DNA of 64,000 nucleotides from an uncultured Mucilaginibacter sp. (GTDB taxonomy: Bacteria > Bacteroidota > Bacteroidia > Sphingobacteriales > Sphingobacteriaceae). The notes below the pieces were generated by a model. That model did not search any database and was not told the origin of the DNA. It worked only from the letters and a program-made list of their open reading frames with translations. Position 1 is the stretch's first letter. Each line of letters begins with the position of its first letter. The stretch covers positions 25,000 to 88,999 of the forward strand of contig CAZTAU010000012.1 of NCBI GenBank assembly GCA_964611565.1, in the 5' to 3' direction. Shown here one piece after another: positions 10,095-21,121 of the stretch. The translations under genes were made by a program, and so were the position numbers.

Positions 10095-10421
10095 TTATAC
10101 TGCCAAATTTTGCCCCGGGCGTGGGTCCTCAGGCAAAATTTCCATTTCGGGAAATTCAATATAATCGGCATACCATTGTATGGCACCTACTACATCAAGC
10201 GCGTCCTCGGCTTTTATATCAATGGTTTCAAAAGCGTATAGTTTTGAATGGGCATATCCGTATAGTTGTATTTCGTTGCTGTTGGGGGTAAAACGTTCGT
10301 TATCCAGGCAAAATACCTTTATCTTCAAACCTGTATCCCGTGAGTGTATTACATCTCTGCAGGGGTTGTGCGGGTCTGTTACTAACAGATATACATTGTG
10401 GTCCATATGAGTTGTAAACAA
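10095..10421 (-). CDS. Hypothetical protein
   Basis: 108-aa acidic ORF; start may instead be ATG 10406. Confidence 0.7.
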   Translation of the reverse strand: MFTTHMDHNVYLLVTDPHNPCRDVIHSRDTGLKIKVFCLDNERFTPNSNEIQLYGYAHSKLYAFETIDIKAEDALDVVGAIQWYADYIEFPEMEILPEDPRPGQNLAV

Positions 10422-10670
10422 TGCTAATACATTATGGTTTCATAATTTTAAATGCCTGTGCAAATTAATGCCTCAAAACGGGAATTGTTTCCACAAAACC
10501 AAGGTTGTAAATTTCCCAATAGTTCATTTATCCTTATAATTCTTAATTGGCATTTCCTTTGACTTAATAAAAACATAATTACCCTTTCTAAAGGGGTGTT
10601 TTTCATAGGTAGATGTAGGGTCGAAAACTGCGAGAGTATTTCGGCCCTTTTTTATTTTTATCTTTGCCGT

Positions 10671-11336
10671 ATGACGATGGGTGCCGGCCTTCCTTTTAAA
10701 CTATTAAACCAGGATCTTTTATTATTACCTCAAAAAGCTATTTATTGGCTGCAGGAGAAAGCTTTAATTGCAGCTGATGTTCACCTGGGCAAGGTTGGTC
10801 ATTTTCGTAAAGCGGGTATTGCTGTACCACGGGATATGGAGCAGGACGATTTGGCCGTATTGTCTGACCTGATAGCGGAGCACCGTCCGGAAAAAATTAT
10901 TTTTTTAGGCGACCTTTTTCATAGCGATATGAATGCCGATTGGGAATGGTTTAAGCTATGGCGGCAGCAATTCCCCAAACTGGAAATAATATTAATTAAA
11001 GGTAACCATGATATTATTGATGAGAGTCATTATCGCCAATTGAATATTATGATATACCCCGAGCTTTTGGTGGGGCCATTTTTAATGCTGCATCACCCGT
11101 TAACTCCAAAACAAATGGAACAGGGCGTTGCTTATGCCTTTTGCGGCCACATCCATCCGGGTATAAGTTTAGTAGGTAAAGGTAGGCAGGCGCTCACTTT
11201 ATCATGTTTTGCCTTTGGCGATAAGCAAGCCATACTGCCATCATTTGGCAAATTTACCGGGCGGGTGTCTATATGTAACAGTCAAACCGACCGCATTTTT
11301 GCAGTGGTAAAAGATAAGGTGATAGCTATTGATTAA
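10671..11336 (+). CDS. pdeM: Ligase-associated DNA damage response endonuclease (metallophosphoesterase)
   Basis: ADVHLGKVGHFRKAGIAVP, LGDLFHS, KGNHD, GHIHP and LPSFGKFTG motifs. Confidence 0.9.
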   Translation: MTMGAGLPFKLLNQDLLLLPQKAIYWLQEKALIAADVHLGKVGHFRKAGIAVPRDMEQDDLAVLSDLIAEHRPEKIIFLGDLFHSDMNADWEWFKLWRQQFPKLEIILIKGNHDIIDESHYRQLNIMIYPELLVGPFLMLHHPLTPKQMEQGVAYAFCGHIHPGISLVGKGRQALTLSCFAFGDKQAILPSFGKFTGRVSICNSQTDRIFAVVKDKVIAID

Positions 11337-12460
11337 TGTTTGGCTAAATACTCCTCAAGCGTAAAAACCAATTGCTTATAATCCATATCTGGCTCAATAA
11401 TATGGCCTTTGCCATCTAATAAATAGTATACCGGTATTTTTGATACATTCCAATTGCCTACATTCGGCGAGTCATTGCCTTTAAGGTCACTAACCTGGGG
11501 CCAGGTTAGTTGTCTCTTTTTTATGGATGTTATCCACTCTTCGCGGTCTGTATCAATGTTAATGCTTACTATCCCCACATTGTTAGCGTTTAGTTTAGGC
11601 AACAGATCTTTTAATATGGCCTCGTGCTCACTACGGCTTATGCTGCTGCTTGATCGCCAAAAGTTAACAATTACAGCTTTTTTGTTTAATGTGGTAATGT
11701 CAATTTCTTTCCCTTCTGGAGTTTGCCCAATAATTTTCGGAGCATTGGCTCCTTTTGATAAATTTACCAGATTTTTCAATCTTTTTTCAATGACCTTGCC
11801 CTCGGGGGAATTTTTCACCCTTGCGCTAACTTCTTCAAAGGCTTTATAAAATGCTGTAGGGTTTTTAGTAATGCTTAAATTGTTTAAAATATGAGGAAGT
11901 GCCGGATTATCCGGTTGCTTTTTTACCGCGGCTTTAAATATAGATAACTCCGTATTGTCAACGCTGTCTCGCCATAAGTTTACATTGTTTAAAACGTTGT
12001 CATAAACATTTTGAGGCCAAGTAATAGCCTTAGGATCATCCAATTTTTTCAGCCACATACGGTACTGGCTATTTGCGTAACCACTTATGCTATTATTAAT
12101 TAAGTGATAGGCTGATAAGCCATTTTGTGTAGCAGATGGTGATTTAATTATTGGATATCGACCTGGGTCTTTATCTGAAATAGCGATATCATATTTACCC
12201 GGTTCAAGGTAAATTTCAAATGAATTACCCATTTTACCGGGCGTACTTATTTCTAAATTATAATACCCCGGCTCCTTTAATAATTGCTGTACAATATGGA
12301 ATTTTCCGTCTTGTACATTTTCGCCAAAAAGTATTTTATCTGGGTCCTTTATTGTAATTGTCGCTCCATCCATGCCTGGGGTGGTTCCGGTAATTTCAAT
12401 GTTTCTAAACTCGCAACCGGTTAATATATAGGTCAATAAAATAAAGTAAAGCTTTCTCAT
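11333..12460 (-). CDS. DUF4369 + thioredoxin-like (TlpA/AhpC-TSA fold) lipoprotein lacking CxxC
   Basis: ILTGC lipobox; VNFWRSSSSISR at the CxxC site; WPQVSDLKG and IPVYYLLD. Confidence 0.8.
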   Translation of the reverse strand: MRKLYFILLTYILTGCEFRNIEITGTTPGMDGATITIKDPDKILFGENVQDGKFHIVQQLLKEPGYYNLEISTPGKMGNSFEIYLEPGKYDIAISDKDPGRYPIIKSPSATQNGLSAYHLINNSISGYANSQYRMWLKKLDDPKAITWPQNVYDNVLNNVNLWRDSVDNTELSIFKAAVKKQPDNPALPHILNNLSITKNPTAFYKAFEEVSARVKNSPEGKVIEKRLKNLVNLSKGANAPKIIGQTPEGKEIDITTLNKKAVIVNFWRSSSSISRSEHEAILKDLLPKLNANNVGIVSINIDTDREEWITSIKKRQLTWPQVSDLKGNDSPNVGNWNVSKIPVYYLLDGKGHIIEPDMDYKQLVFTLEEYLAKH

Positions 12461-13185
12461 CGTTTGCGTATAATTACATTTTCCTCGGCTTTTTTTGCCA
12501 AAACTTTTAACTCTTCGCCTATTTTTTTTCCTTCTGAACTATTTTGAACCTCGGGGCTTAATTTTTTAAATAAGTTATAATAAGGATACGGATAACTTTT
12601 ATAATTCATATTAGTAATAATATGAGGTATGACATCATTGGTTGGGTCTTTTTTTATAAAGCTATCTAATGCAGCTATATGTAAGCCATGTTCGCGGTTT
12701 CGGTTTGATTCTACATGGTCTAAAATATTTTGAAATTCATCCTCGGGCAGATCTTTTATTTTAGGGTCATTCAGCCGGGCTGTCCATATTTCAACTTCTT
12801 GCCTGTGTTTGGCCATCAGATCATTTTCAAAATTATAATAAACTGATATTTTGTTTTGCGTTTTTGAGGCAGTAGTAATTTTTAAGTAATCACTTTTATT
12901 TTGCGGGACATCAATGTTATAGCTGCCATCTTCCAGGTAAATCTCAAAATCACGTGGCTCCGATCCATCTAAAATAGAAAAAGTATAATAACCGGCTTCG
13001 GGCAACTGCTTTTTAATGGAAAACTTACCCGACTGTATAGAAGAAGAGAATATGGTTTTTCCTTCAAGGTCTAATATAGATACCGGGGCACCCTCCAGGC
13101 CTTTAGCTGTGCCGTTTATGTCAATATTCCCCGCATTACAGCCGGTTAATAAAAATGCAAGAATAATGTAGTATATGTTTTTCAT
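12457..13185 (-). CDS. DUF4369-like lipoprotein without a thioredoxin domain
   Basis: LLTGC lipobox; FEIYLE.G.Y and V.NS.EGK.I shared with the downstream paralog; ATGA overlap. Confidence 0.75.
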   Translation of the reverse strand: MKNIYYIILAFLLTGCNAGNIDINGTAKGLEGAPVSILDLEGKTIFSSSIQSGKFSIKKQLPEAGYYTFSILDGSEPRDFEIYLEDGSYNIDVPQNKSDYLKITTASKTQNKISVYYNFENDLMAKHRQEVEIWTARLNDPKIKDLPEDEFQNILDHVESNRNREHGLHIAALDSFIKKDPTNDVIPHIITNMNYKSYPYPYYNLFKKLSPEVQNSSEGKKIGEELKVLAKKAEENVIIRKR

Positions 13186-13354
13186 ACAAGATTTAGGTTA
13201 TTGTTGCACTAATTTAATAGTTATAATTATTTAAATCACAATTTACTTATTTTAGATTGTTTCTAAATAACTATTTGGCCCATAATAAGCCATTTCCATT
13301 TATATCTTTTGGCTTTTAATAAATACTTTTGCCAAAATAAATTTTTACATTATA

Positions 13355-14140
13355 ATGAGCGAAATCAAACAAACCTTTAACTCATCACTGGGCAAAAAGC
13401 TTATAATGGCTTTAACAGGGTTGTTTTTGTGTACGTTTTTAATAGTACACTTAGGTGGTAACCTCCTGTTGTTTTGTGACGACAATGGATACAGCTTTAA
13501 TCTGTATGCCAACTTCTTGACGCACTTTCCGCCTATTGAAGTTATAGCATATTTATTGTATGCTTCTATTATAGTGCATGCTATATATGCACTTGTTTTA
13601 ACTATAGGCAATAAAAAGGCGCGCCCGGTAGCTTATGCGGCACATAATGATGCCCCTGCTTCATGGTCATCAAAAAACATGGGACTGTTAGGTTCTATTC
13701 TGTTATTGTTTATTGTGATACACATGGGCGATTTTTGGTATAAATACAAATACACCGATACCGTAGGTTATAAAGAGTATCGCACCAATGTATTAACTAA
13801 CCAAACTACAGTGGCCGAGTTTGTACCTGTGGATCCGGCGTTTGAACATTCTGCAACCAGCGAAGGCGACGTGGAGATTGTAAGGGTTAAGGATCTGCAT
13901 TCAAAAGTGGCAGAAAGCTTCAGCCTGTTATGGTATGATGTAATTTATGTTATTGCCATGGGCGCGGTTGCATTCCATTTGTTACATGGTTTTCAAAGTG
14001 CTTTCCAAACATTGGGATGGCGCCACCGCAAATACACGCCTGTTGTTAAGTTTATAGGTACGTGGTTTTTTGGGGTAATCATACCATTAGGGTTTGCCCT
14101 GATGCCGATAGTTTATTATTTAAAGAGTTTAGGTAAATAG
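13355..14140 (+). CDS. sdhC: Succinate dehydrogenase/fumarate reductase cytochrome b subunit
   Basis: [24 protein letters not shown] and [14 protein letters not shown]; first gene of the operon. Confidence 0.95.
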   Translation: MSEIKQTFNSSLGKKLIMALTGLFLCTFLIVHLGGNLLLFCDDNGYSFNLYANFLTHFPPIEVIAYLLYASIIVHAIYALVLTIGNKKARPVAYAAHNDAPASWSSKNMGLLGSILLLFIVIHMGDFWYKYKYTDTVGYKEYRTNVLTNQTTVAEFVPVDPAFEHSATSEGDVEIVRVKDLHSKVAESFSLLWYDVIYVIAMGAVAFHLLHGFQSAFQTLGWRHRKYTPVVKFIGTWFFGVIIPLGFALMPIVYYLKSLGK

Positions 14141-14145
14141 TATAT

Positions 14146-16080
14146 ATGAATTTAGATGCTAAAATTCCGCAGGGCCCATTAGCCGAAAAATGGAGCAAGC
14201 ATAAATTTAACTTAAAGCTGGTTAACCCGGCCAACAAGCGTAAATACGATGTAATAGTTGTAGGTACAGGTTTGGCAGGTGCATCAGCCGCCGCGTCATT
14301 GGCCGAGTTAGGTTATAATGTTAAGGCATTTTGTTTCCAGGATAGCCCGCGCCGTGCGCACTCTATTGCTGCGCAGGGTGGTATAAACGCGGCCAAAAAT
14401 TATCAAAACGATGGTGATAGCGTTTATCGCTTGTTTTATGATACCATTAAAGGTGGCGATTATCGCGCCCGCGAAGGCAACGTTTATCGCTTAGCCGAAG
14501 TATCAGTAAATATTATTGACCAGTGCGTGGCGCAAGGTGTTCCTTTCGCGCGCGAGTACGGAGGTTTGCTGGATAACCGTTCGTTCGGTGGTTCACAGGT
14601 ATCACGTACATTTTATGCCCGCGGTCAAACAGGACAACAATTATTGTTAGGCGCTTACTCGGCATTAAACCGCCAAATACACCTGGGCAAAGTTAAAATG
14701 TACACCCGTACCGAAATGCTGGACGTAGTTACTATTGACGGTCATGCCAAAGGTATTGTAACCCGTAACCTGATAAACGGTAATATTGAAACCCATAGCG
14801 GTCATGCGGTATTATTATGTACCGGTGGTTATGGTAACGTATTTTATTTGTCAACCAATGCTATTGGTTCAAACGTAACCGCGGCCTGGAGGGCACATAA
14901 AAGGGGCGCGTTTTTTGCCAACCCTTGCTATACCCAAATTCACCCAACCTGTATCCCGGTAAGCGGCGATCATCAGTCAAAATTAACGCTGATGTCTGAA
15001 TCGTTACGTAACGACGGACGTGTTTGGGCACCAAAAACACAAGAAACTGCCGAGAAGCTACGCACCAAACAAATTACAGCCGCTCAAGTGGCCGAAGAAG
15101 ACCGCGATTACTTCCTGGAAAGAAAATATCCATCATTTGGTAACCTGGTTCCGCGCGACGTGGCTTCACGTAACGCTAAAGAAATGGTTGATGATGGCCG
15201 TGGTGTAGGCGGATCGGGAATCGCCGTGTTCCTTGATTTTGCTGACGCGATAAAGCGTTTGGGACAACCTGCAGTAGCTGCAAAATATGGTAACCTGTTT
15301 GATATGTACTATCAAATTACTAACGAGGACCCATATACCCAACCAATGCGTATTTACCCTGCAGTACACTATACTATGGGTGGCCTTTGGGTTGATTATA
15401 ACTTAAGTACAACTGTACCCGGCCTTTATGCCTTGGGCGAGTGTAACTTCTCTGATCACGGAGCCAACCGTTTAGGTGCTTCGGCATTGATGCAGGGATT
15501 ATCTGACGGGTACTTTGTTATTCCGTTTACGTTAGGAGATTACCTGGCTACCATCGGTCCGAAACCGGTGGATACCAGCCACCCTGCTTTTGCACAAACT
15601 AAGCAAGAGGTTGTTGACCGCGTAAATAAATTATTGGCCTTAAAAGGTACTAAAACTGTTAACGAGTATCACCGCGACCTGGGCCACATTATGTGGGAAT
15701 ATTGCGGAATGGCACGTACTGCCGAAGGCTTAACTAAAGCCAAGGGTTTAATACAGGAATTACGCGCCGACTTCTGGAAAAACGCTATTGTAGTTGGCCA
15801 AAACGAAGAAGTTAACGCTTGTTTAGAAAGAGCCGGCCGTGTTGCTGATTTCTTAGAACTTGGCGAGTTAATGGTGGATGATGCTTTAATGCGTGCCGAA
15901 TCATGCGGTGGTCACTTCCGTTTAGAATCACAAACCCCGGAAGGTGAAGCCATGCGTGATGACGAAAACTTTGCGTTTGTTGGTGCCTGGGAATATACAG
16001 GCGATAACCAGCCGGAAGTATTGAATAAAGAGAAACTGGACTTTGAATTTGTTCATTTAACACAACGTAGTTATAAATAG
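14146..16080 (+). CDS. sdhA: Succinate dehydrogenase/fumarate reductase flavoprotein subunit
   Basis: [21 protein letters not shown] and [11 protein letters not shown] motifs. Confidence 0.97.
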   Translation: MNLDAKIPQGPLAEKWSKHKFNLKLVNPANKRKYDVIVVGTGLAGASAAASLAELGYNVKAFCFQDSPRRAHSIAAQGGINAAKNYQNDGDSVYRLFYDTIKGGDYRAREGNVYRLAEVSVNIIDQCVAQGVPFAREYGGLLDNRSFGGSQVSRTFYARGQTGQQLLLGAYSALNRQIHLGKVKMYTRTEMLDVVTIDGHAKGIVTRNLINGNIETHSGHAVLLCTGGYGNVFYLSTNAIGSNVTAAWRAHKRGAFFANPCYTQIHPTCIPVSGDHQSKLTLMSESLRNDGRVWAPKTQETAEKLRTKQITAAQVAEEDRDYFLERKYPSFGNLVPRDVASRNAKEMVDDGRGVGGSGIAVFLDFADAIKRLGQPAVAAKYGNLFDMYYQITNEDPYTQPMRIYPAVHYTMGGLWVDYNLSTTVPGLYALGECNFSDHGANRLGASALMQGLSDGYFVIPFTLGDYLATIGPKPVDTSHPAFAQTKQEVVDRVNKLLALKGTKTVNEYHRDLGHIMWEYCGMARTAEGLTKAKGLIQELRADFWKNAIVVGQNEEVNACLERAGRVADFLELGELMVDDALMRAESCGGHFRLESQTPEGEAMRDDENFAFVGAWEYTGDNQPEVLNKEKLDFEFVHLTQRSYK

Positions 16081-16103
16081 TAACTGCCCGATATCATAAT
16101 AAT

Positions 16104-16898
16104 ATGAGTGGAAATATGAATCTGACGCTTAAAGTATGGCGTCAAAAAGATGCTAATTCAAGCGGCAAAATGGTGACTTACCCTGCCAACAACATTTCGC
16201 CGGATATGTCTTTCCTTGAAATGCTGGACGTGGTTAACGAGGATCTTACCCATAAAGGAGATGAGCCTATACATTTTGACCATGATTGCCGAGAAGGTAT
16301 TTGCGGTATGTGTTCGTTATATATTAACGGCCGCCCGCATGGCCCAAAACGTGCTATTACTACCTGCCAACTACACATGCGTAGCTTTAATGATGGTGAG
16401 ACCATCACTATTGAGCCTTGGCGCGCGGGTGCATTCCCAGTAATCAAAGATTTAGCGGTTGACCGCTCGGCGTTTGACCGTATACAGCAATCAGGCGGTT
16501 TCGTATCGGTAAATACCGGTGGCGTGCCCGATGCTAATATCATCCCTATTCCTAAGGTGATTGCTGATGAGGCTTTCAACTCGGCTACCTGTATTGGTTG
16601 CGGTGCTTGTGTTGCGGCATGTAAAAATGCTTCGGCTATGCTGTTTGTATCGGCTAAGGTATCACAATTAGGTATGTTGCCACAGGGCCAGCCCGAGCGT
16701 TGGAGCCGCGTACAAGCCATGGTTGCCCAAATGGACGAAGAAGGCTTTGGTAACTGTACCAACACGGGTGCCTGTGAAGCAGAATGCCCTAAAGAGATCA
16801 GCCTGATGAATATATCACGCATGAATAACGACTTTTTTAGCGCTAAGCTATTCCGCGAGGAAAAGGTGCATGACCATGGCACCAGCGGCGGCGAATAA
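16104..16898 (+). CDS. sdhB: Succinate dehydrogenase/fumarate reductase iron-sulfur subunit
   Basis: [20 protein letters not shown] and [12 protein letters not shown] clusters. Confidence 0.97.
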   Translation: MSGNMNLTLKVWRQKDANSSGKMVTYPANNISPDMSFLEMLDVVNEDLTHKGDEPIHFDHDCREGICGMCSLYINGRPHGPKRAITTCQLHMRSFNDGETITIEPWRAGAFPVIKDLAVDRSAFDRIQQSGGFVSVNTGGVPDANIIPIPKVIADEAFNSATCIGCGACVAACKNASAMLFVSAKVSQLGMLPQGQPERWSRVQAMVAQMDEEGFGNCTNTGACEAECPKEISLMNISRMNNDFFSAKLFREEKVHDHGTSGGE

Positions 16899-16926
16899 GA
16901 ATTTTTAATAAAGAACAATTGGAATC

Positions 16927-16957
16927 AGGCCCGGAGAGTTTTCTTCGGGCCTTTTTT
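16927..16957 (+). terminator. Intrinsic terminator of sdhCAB
   Basis: AGGCCCGGAGA-gttt-TCTTCGGGCCT followed by a T-tract. Confidence 0.85.
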
Positions 16958-17014
16958 ATAAAGCTTGTTGTATAACTAATTTTTTAGTACATTTGACAAT
17001 AGCCTAAAGATCAT

Positions 17015-18406
17015 ATGAGAAAAATTGTATTTGCATTACTGTTGCTTTGCGGGTGTAAAGCACATTCCCCTAATAATGGCATGTTGTTGAATGAAGAATT
17101 TGTTGATCTGAAGGGCAAAAAAGCCACAACCATCATAGTGAATGAAACGCCCGATACACTAAAATTAGGCTATCGGTTTTTTAATTGGTTGCCTTATGTT
17201 GAAACACAGGGTAGTTTAATAATTGCTCCTGGTAGTAAAGATACGCTCGAATTAACTTTCAATTTTCCAGATAAAATTTCTATCAACGGGGGAGTTTTTA
17301 TTTATAATTCACCGGGAAAAACATTAATCTGTCGTATAAAAGAGTATAGATCCAAAAATATTAAGGTTGATTTTGAAGGATCTCTTGCGCAAGAAAATGA
17401 TTATTATTTAGCATATCAACAGTTTTTAAAAAATCATGATAATGAGTCGCGATCGTACTATACTATTAGCGATACACTAAGTGATTGGAATAGGTTTCCG
17501 ACCATTGGCGATTCAATTACCCGCGTAAGACAAGATTTTTTGGCAAATTACAACAAGCCCTTACCCGATTGGTTTAAACCGCACGAAAGTCGCAGATTAA
17601 AATATAACAATTATTGTAGGTTGTTAAATGCATTGTTTGCAAAGCAGTATCACAGTGGTAAAAATATAAAAGTAGATGATAGCTATTATGCATTTGAAAA
17701 AGAGTTGAATAAAGAAGATGATATGATTTTGAATGATACTTATCTGTATTGTATGGGGGATTATTTTGGAAGAATAGCAAGAATTGAAAAAAAACCTGAT
17801 CGTAGCAGCGTAATCGACAGCTTGTACCACCAAACAGATATTGGTGATGTTAATATGATGCGCCACTTGGGATTGATTTATAAGAATGATAAACTGACGT
17901 ATGACAAGCTAATCTCTGTGGTGAAATTTAAACAGCCGGAAAGGAAAATCTGGCTTAATGAAGCTATACAGAATTCAAACCCGGTAATAAATAAAAGGGC
18001 ACCTGCTATCCAAATGGTAGATATTAAAGGTAAAAGCGTCAAGTTGGCTGATTATAACGGAAAAATGGTGATAGTTAACTTTTGGGCTACCTGGTGCATG
18101 CCCTGTATAGAAGAGTTCCCTTATGAGAATAAAATATACCAACAATATAAAGATGGAGGGTTAGTTGTTATAAACATCTGTTGTGATTCGAAAATTACTG
18201 ATTGGAAACGGATATCGAAGCGAGAAAATCTGCAAATGGTTAATTTATATACTAATAAGGCAAGTTTCAAAAAATTGCTTGGTCAATATAATTTAGGGTC
18301 TTTACCCAAAAGCATATTAATTAACCGCCAGGGTATAGTTGTTAATAATGCATTTAAACACGCCAGTAAACTAAGCACGGCTGATATTGATCAGTTGTTG
18401 AATTAA
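17015..18406 (+). CDS. TlpA family disulfide reductase lipoprotein
   Basis: LLCGC lipobox; VNFWATWCMPC thioredoxin motif in the C-terminal domain. Confidence 0.9.
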   Translation: MRKIVFALLLLCGCKAHSPNNGMLLNEEFVDLKGKKATTIIVNETPDTLKLGYRFFNWLPYVETQGSLIIAPGSKDTLELTFNFPDKISINGGVFIYNSPGKTLICRIKEYRSKNIKVDFEGSLAQENDYYLAYQQFLKNHDNESRSYYTISDTLSDWNRFPTIGDSITRVRQDFLANYNKPLPDWFKPHESRRLKYNNYCRLLNALFAKQYHSGKNIKVDDSYYAFEKELNKEDDMILNDTYLYCMGDYFGRIARIEKKPDRSSVIDSLYHQTDIGDVNMMRHLGLIYKNDKLTYDKLISVVKFKQPERKIWLNEAIQNSNPVINKRAPAIQMVDIKGKSVKLADYNGKMVIVNFWATWCMPCIEEFPYENKIYQQYKDGGLVVINICCDSKITDWKRISKRENLQMVNLYTNKASFKKLLGQYNLGSLPKSILINRQGIVVNNAFKHASKLSTADIDQLLN

Positions 18407-18454
18407 AACAATGACGCTCATTTAAACTTATATTGGTACACTAATCCAAACCGT

Positions 18455-19246
18455 ATGTATTTTGTCATTTGTACTCTACTCATTGTATTATTAGCCTGGT
18501 ACTTGTTGCGTAAGCCTAAAAAAGACACCGCAATAGCACCTATTGTTATTGAAGACGTAGAGCTAAATCCCGCCTATCGACCATTGTTGGATACCCATGT
18601 AGATTATTACCATAACCTGGATACAAAAGCCCGCAAACGTTTTGAGGCGCAGGTAAACCGGTTTTTGCAAAATACCAATATCGAGGGCGTGGGTACAGAG
18701 ATAACCGATTTGGACCGTGTACTAATAGCCAGCAGCGCCATTATACCCATTTTTGGCCTGGGCGACTGGCAATATAACAACCTCACCAACGTGATATTAT
18801 ATCCTGATACTTTTGATGAGAATTATCAATATGAGGGCGAAAACCGCAGTTATTTGGGCATGGTGGGCAACAGGCACCTTACCGGGCAAATGTTGCTGTC
18901 GCGATCAGCTTTGATAAAAGGGTTTTCATCAGCCTCGGGTAAAAGCAATGTAGCTATACATGAGTTTGTGCATTTGTTAGATGGTGCCGATGGCGCTACC
19001 GATGGCGTACCTGAACATCTGGTACCACCCGAATATGCCCAGCCCTGGTTAAGTTTAATGCACCGCGAAATGCACCGTATACAAGAAGGCCACTCGGACA
19101 TAAACCCTTACGCCCTAACCAACGAGGCTGAATTTTTTGCCGTAGCCGCCGAATACTTTTTTGAAAAACCCGAAAAGTTCCGCGATAAACACCCGGAGTT
19201 GTATGAGCATTTAAGTTTGATATTTAAGCAGGTGCCTGTAGTTTAA
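18455..19246 (+). CDS. M90 (MtfA-like) zinc metallopeptidase
   Basis: HEFVHLLD, YALTNEAEFFAVAAEYFFEKP and HPELY motifs; N-terminal membrane anchor. Confidence 0.9.
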   Translation: MYFVICTLLIVLLAWYLLRKPKKDTAIAPIVIEDVELNPAYRPLLDTHVDYYHNLDTKARKRFEAQVNRFLQNTNIEGVGTEITDLDRVLIASSAIIPIFGLGDWQYNNLTNVILYPDTFDENYQYEGENRSYLGMVGNRHLTGQMLLSRSALIKGFSSASGKSNVAIHEFVHLLDGADGATDGVPEHLVPPEYAQPWLSLMHREMHRIQEGHSDINPYALTNEAEFFAVAAEYFFEKPEKFRDKHPELYEHLSLIFKQVPVV

Positions 19247-19307
19247 TCGTACCTTTACAACATATTGCTGAATTACTATTGATGGGCTGAATTTCGTTCG
19301 TCACTAT

Positions 19308-20876
19308 ATGGATATACCTATGAAACCGGAAAAGGAAATAAAGAACGAAGACCTCATCATAGAATTGCGTAAGCTCACCAAGGATGATTATTTGGGGTTA
19401 AAGGCGTCGATGATAGAAGCTTATGCCGAATGGGAAGGAGCATCCTATTGGGATGAAAAGAATATTGCTAAACTAGTTCAAATATTTCCGGAAGGGCAGA
19501 TATGTATCCTGGTTAATGGTGCCATAGCGGGTTGCGCCTTGTCATTAATTGTAGATTATGAAAAATTTGGCGATAACCATACCTATGCACAAATAACCGG
19601 TAACTATACCTTCAGCACCCACGACGAAACGGGCGATGTACTTTATGGCATTGATTTTTTTGTACATCCCGATCACCGTGGAATGCGCATTGGGAGAAGG
19701 TTGTACGATGCCCGTAAGGAAATTTGCGAAAGGCATAACCTGCGTGCCATTATTGCCGGCGGACGTATACCAAAGTATAAAGATTATGCCGATAAACTTA
19801 CCCCCAAAGCTTACCTGGAAAAAGTAAAAGGTAAAGAAATTCATGACCCCACCTTATCCTTCCAGCTAGCTAATGATTTCCACGTGAGGAAGATATTAAA
19901 AGGTTATTTGCCCGGCGATACCCAATCGCTGGAGTATGCCTCGCTTTTGGAGTGGAACAATATTTATTATAATGAAGAGGCGGCGCATATCAACTCCAAA
20001 AAATCCGTCATCCGCATTGGGTTGGTACAATGGCAAATGCGGCCCTTTGAAAATATGGATTCGTTATGCGAACAGATCGAGTTTTTTGTTGATGTGATCA
20101 GCGATTATCAAAGCGATTTTGTTTTGTTTCCTGAACTGTTTAACGCCCCTTTAATGACGGCTTACAATCACTTGAGCGGAGCCGGGGCTATGCGTGAAAT
20201 TGCGAAATACACCATTCCGCTTCGCGATAAATTTATTGAGTACGCCATTAGTTATAATATCAATATCATTACCGGCAGCATGCCGTTTTTGGAGAATGGC
20301 GTATTGCAAAACATCGGCTATTTGTGCCGCCGAGATGGCAGCTTTGAAATGTACCGCAAAATTCACCTGACACCTGCCGAGCAAAGCGCCTGGGGTATGG
20401 TAGGCGGAGACGAAATTACCACTTACGATACTGATTGCGGTAAGATAGGCATCCTGATATGTTACGATGTGGAGTTCCCGGAACTGCCTAGGCTATTGGC
20501 CGATCAGGGCATGTCTATTCTGTTTGTACCGTTTATGACCGACACACAAAATGGCTATACCCGCGTGCGCAGCTGCGCGCAGGCAAGGGCCATTGAAAAT
20601 GAATGTTATGTAGCCATAGCCGGTAGCGTGGGCAATTTACCCAAAGTGCACAATATGGATATCCAGTACGCGCAATCGGCTGTATTTACCCCTTCAGATT
20701 TTTCGTTCCCAAGTAACGGTATAAAAGCAGAGGCCACCCCCAATACCGAAACTACCTTAATTGCAGATGTTGATGTGGACCTTTTAAAAGAGCTGCATAG
20801 TTTTGGCGCCGTGCGCAACCTTAAAGACAGGCGATTGGATATTTATAAGATCATTAATAAAAGTAAAAGGGTATAG
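19308..20876 (+). CDS. Bifunctional GNAT acetyltransferase / carbon-nitrogen hydrolase (YhcX-like)
   Basis: GNAT motif VHPDHRGMRIGRRLYDAR; nitrilase E-K-C triad in FPELF, YRKIH and ICYDVEFPE. Confidence 0.9.
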   Translation: MDIPMKPEKEIKNEDLIIELRKLTKDDYLGLKASMIEAYAEWEGASYWDEKNIAKLVQIFPEGQICILVNGAIAGCALSLIVDYEKFGDNHTYAQITGNYTFSTHDETGDVLYGIDFFVHPDHRGMRIGRRLYDARKEICERHNLRAIIAGGRIPKYKDYADKLTPKAYLEKVKGKEIHDPTLSFQLANDFHVRKILKGYLPGDTQSLEYASLLEWNNIYYNEEAAHINSKKSVIRIGLVQWQMRPFENMDSLCEQIEFFVDVISDYQSDFVLFPELFNAPLMTAYNHLSGAGAMREIAKYTIPLRDKFIEYAISYNINIITGSMPFLENGVLQNIGYLCRRDGSFEMYRKIHLTPAEQSAWGMVGGDEITTYDTDCGKIGILICYDVEFPELPRLLADQGMSILFVPFMTDTQNGYTRVRSCAQARAIENECYVAIAGSVGNLPKVHNMDIQYAQSAVFTPSDFSFPSNGIKAEATPNTETTLIADVDVDLLKELHSFGAVRNLKDRRLDIYKIINKSKRV

Positions 20877-21121
20877 CAAGAGGCTCAAAATGTCATCTCA
20901 AAGAACTCCATCCCGCAAGCAGCCTTAAAGCATTTTAAATATCCATCAAAACCTGCGGTACCATCAAATGTCGGCATTTTTAAAGTCAAAAATAGTGACG
21001 CAAGTTTGTCAGCATTCGCAATTTGTTGATAGTCAATAAATAACTATCCGATTGTTGCTTGTTTAATTAATAGTGCTTAAATTTATACTGCCTGCCCCTA
21101 ATCACCCTAACGCTGTGTTGT

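Noticed and set aside
9938-10186. 82-aa minus-strand ORF
   Set aside because: Runs through tRNA-Val and its promoter; translation artefact.
16178-16918. Long antisense ORFs (also 3538-4218 and 7577-8293)
   Set aside because: Codon-mirror ORFs opposite conserved genes, with no independent signals.
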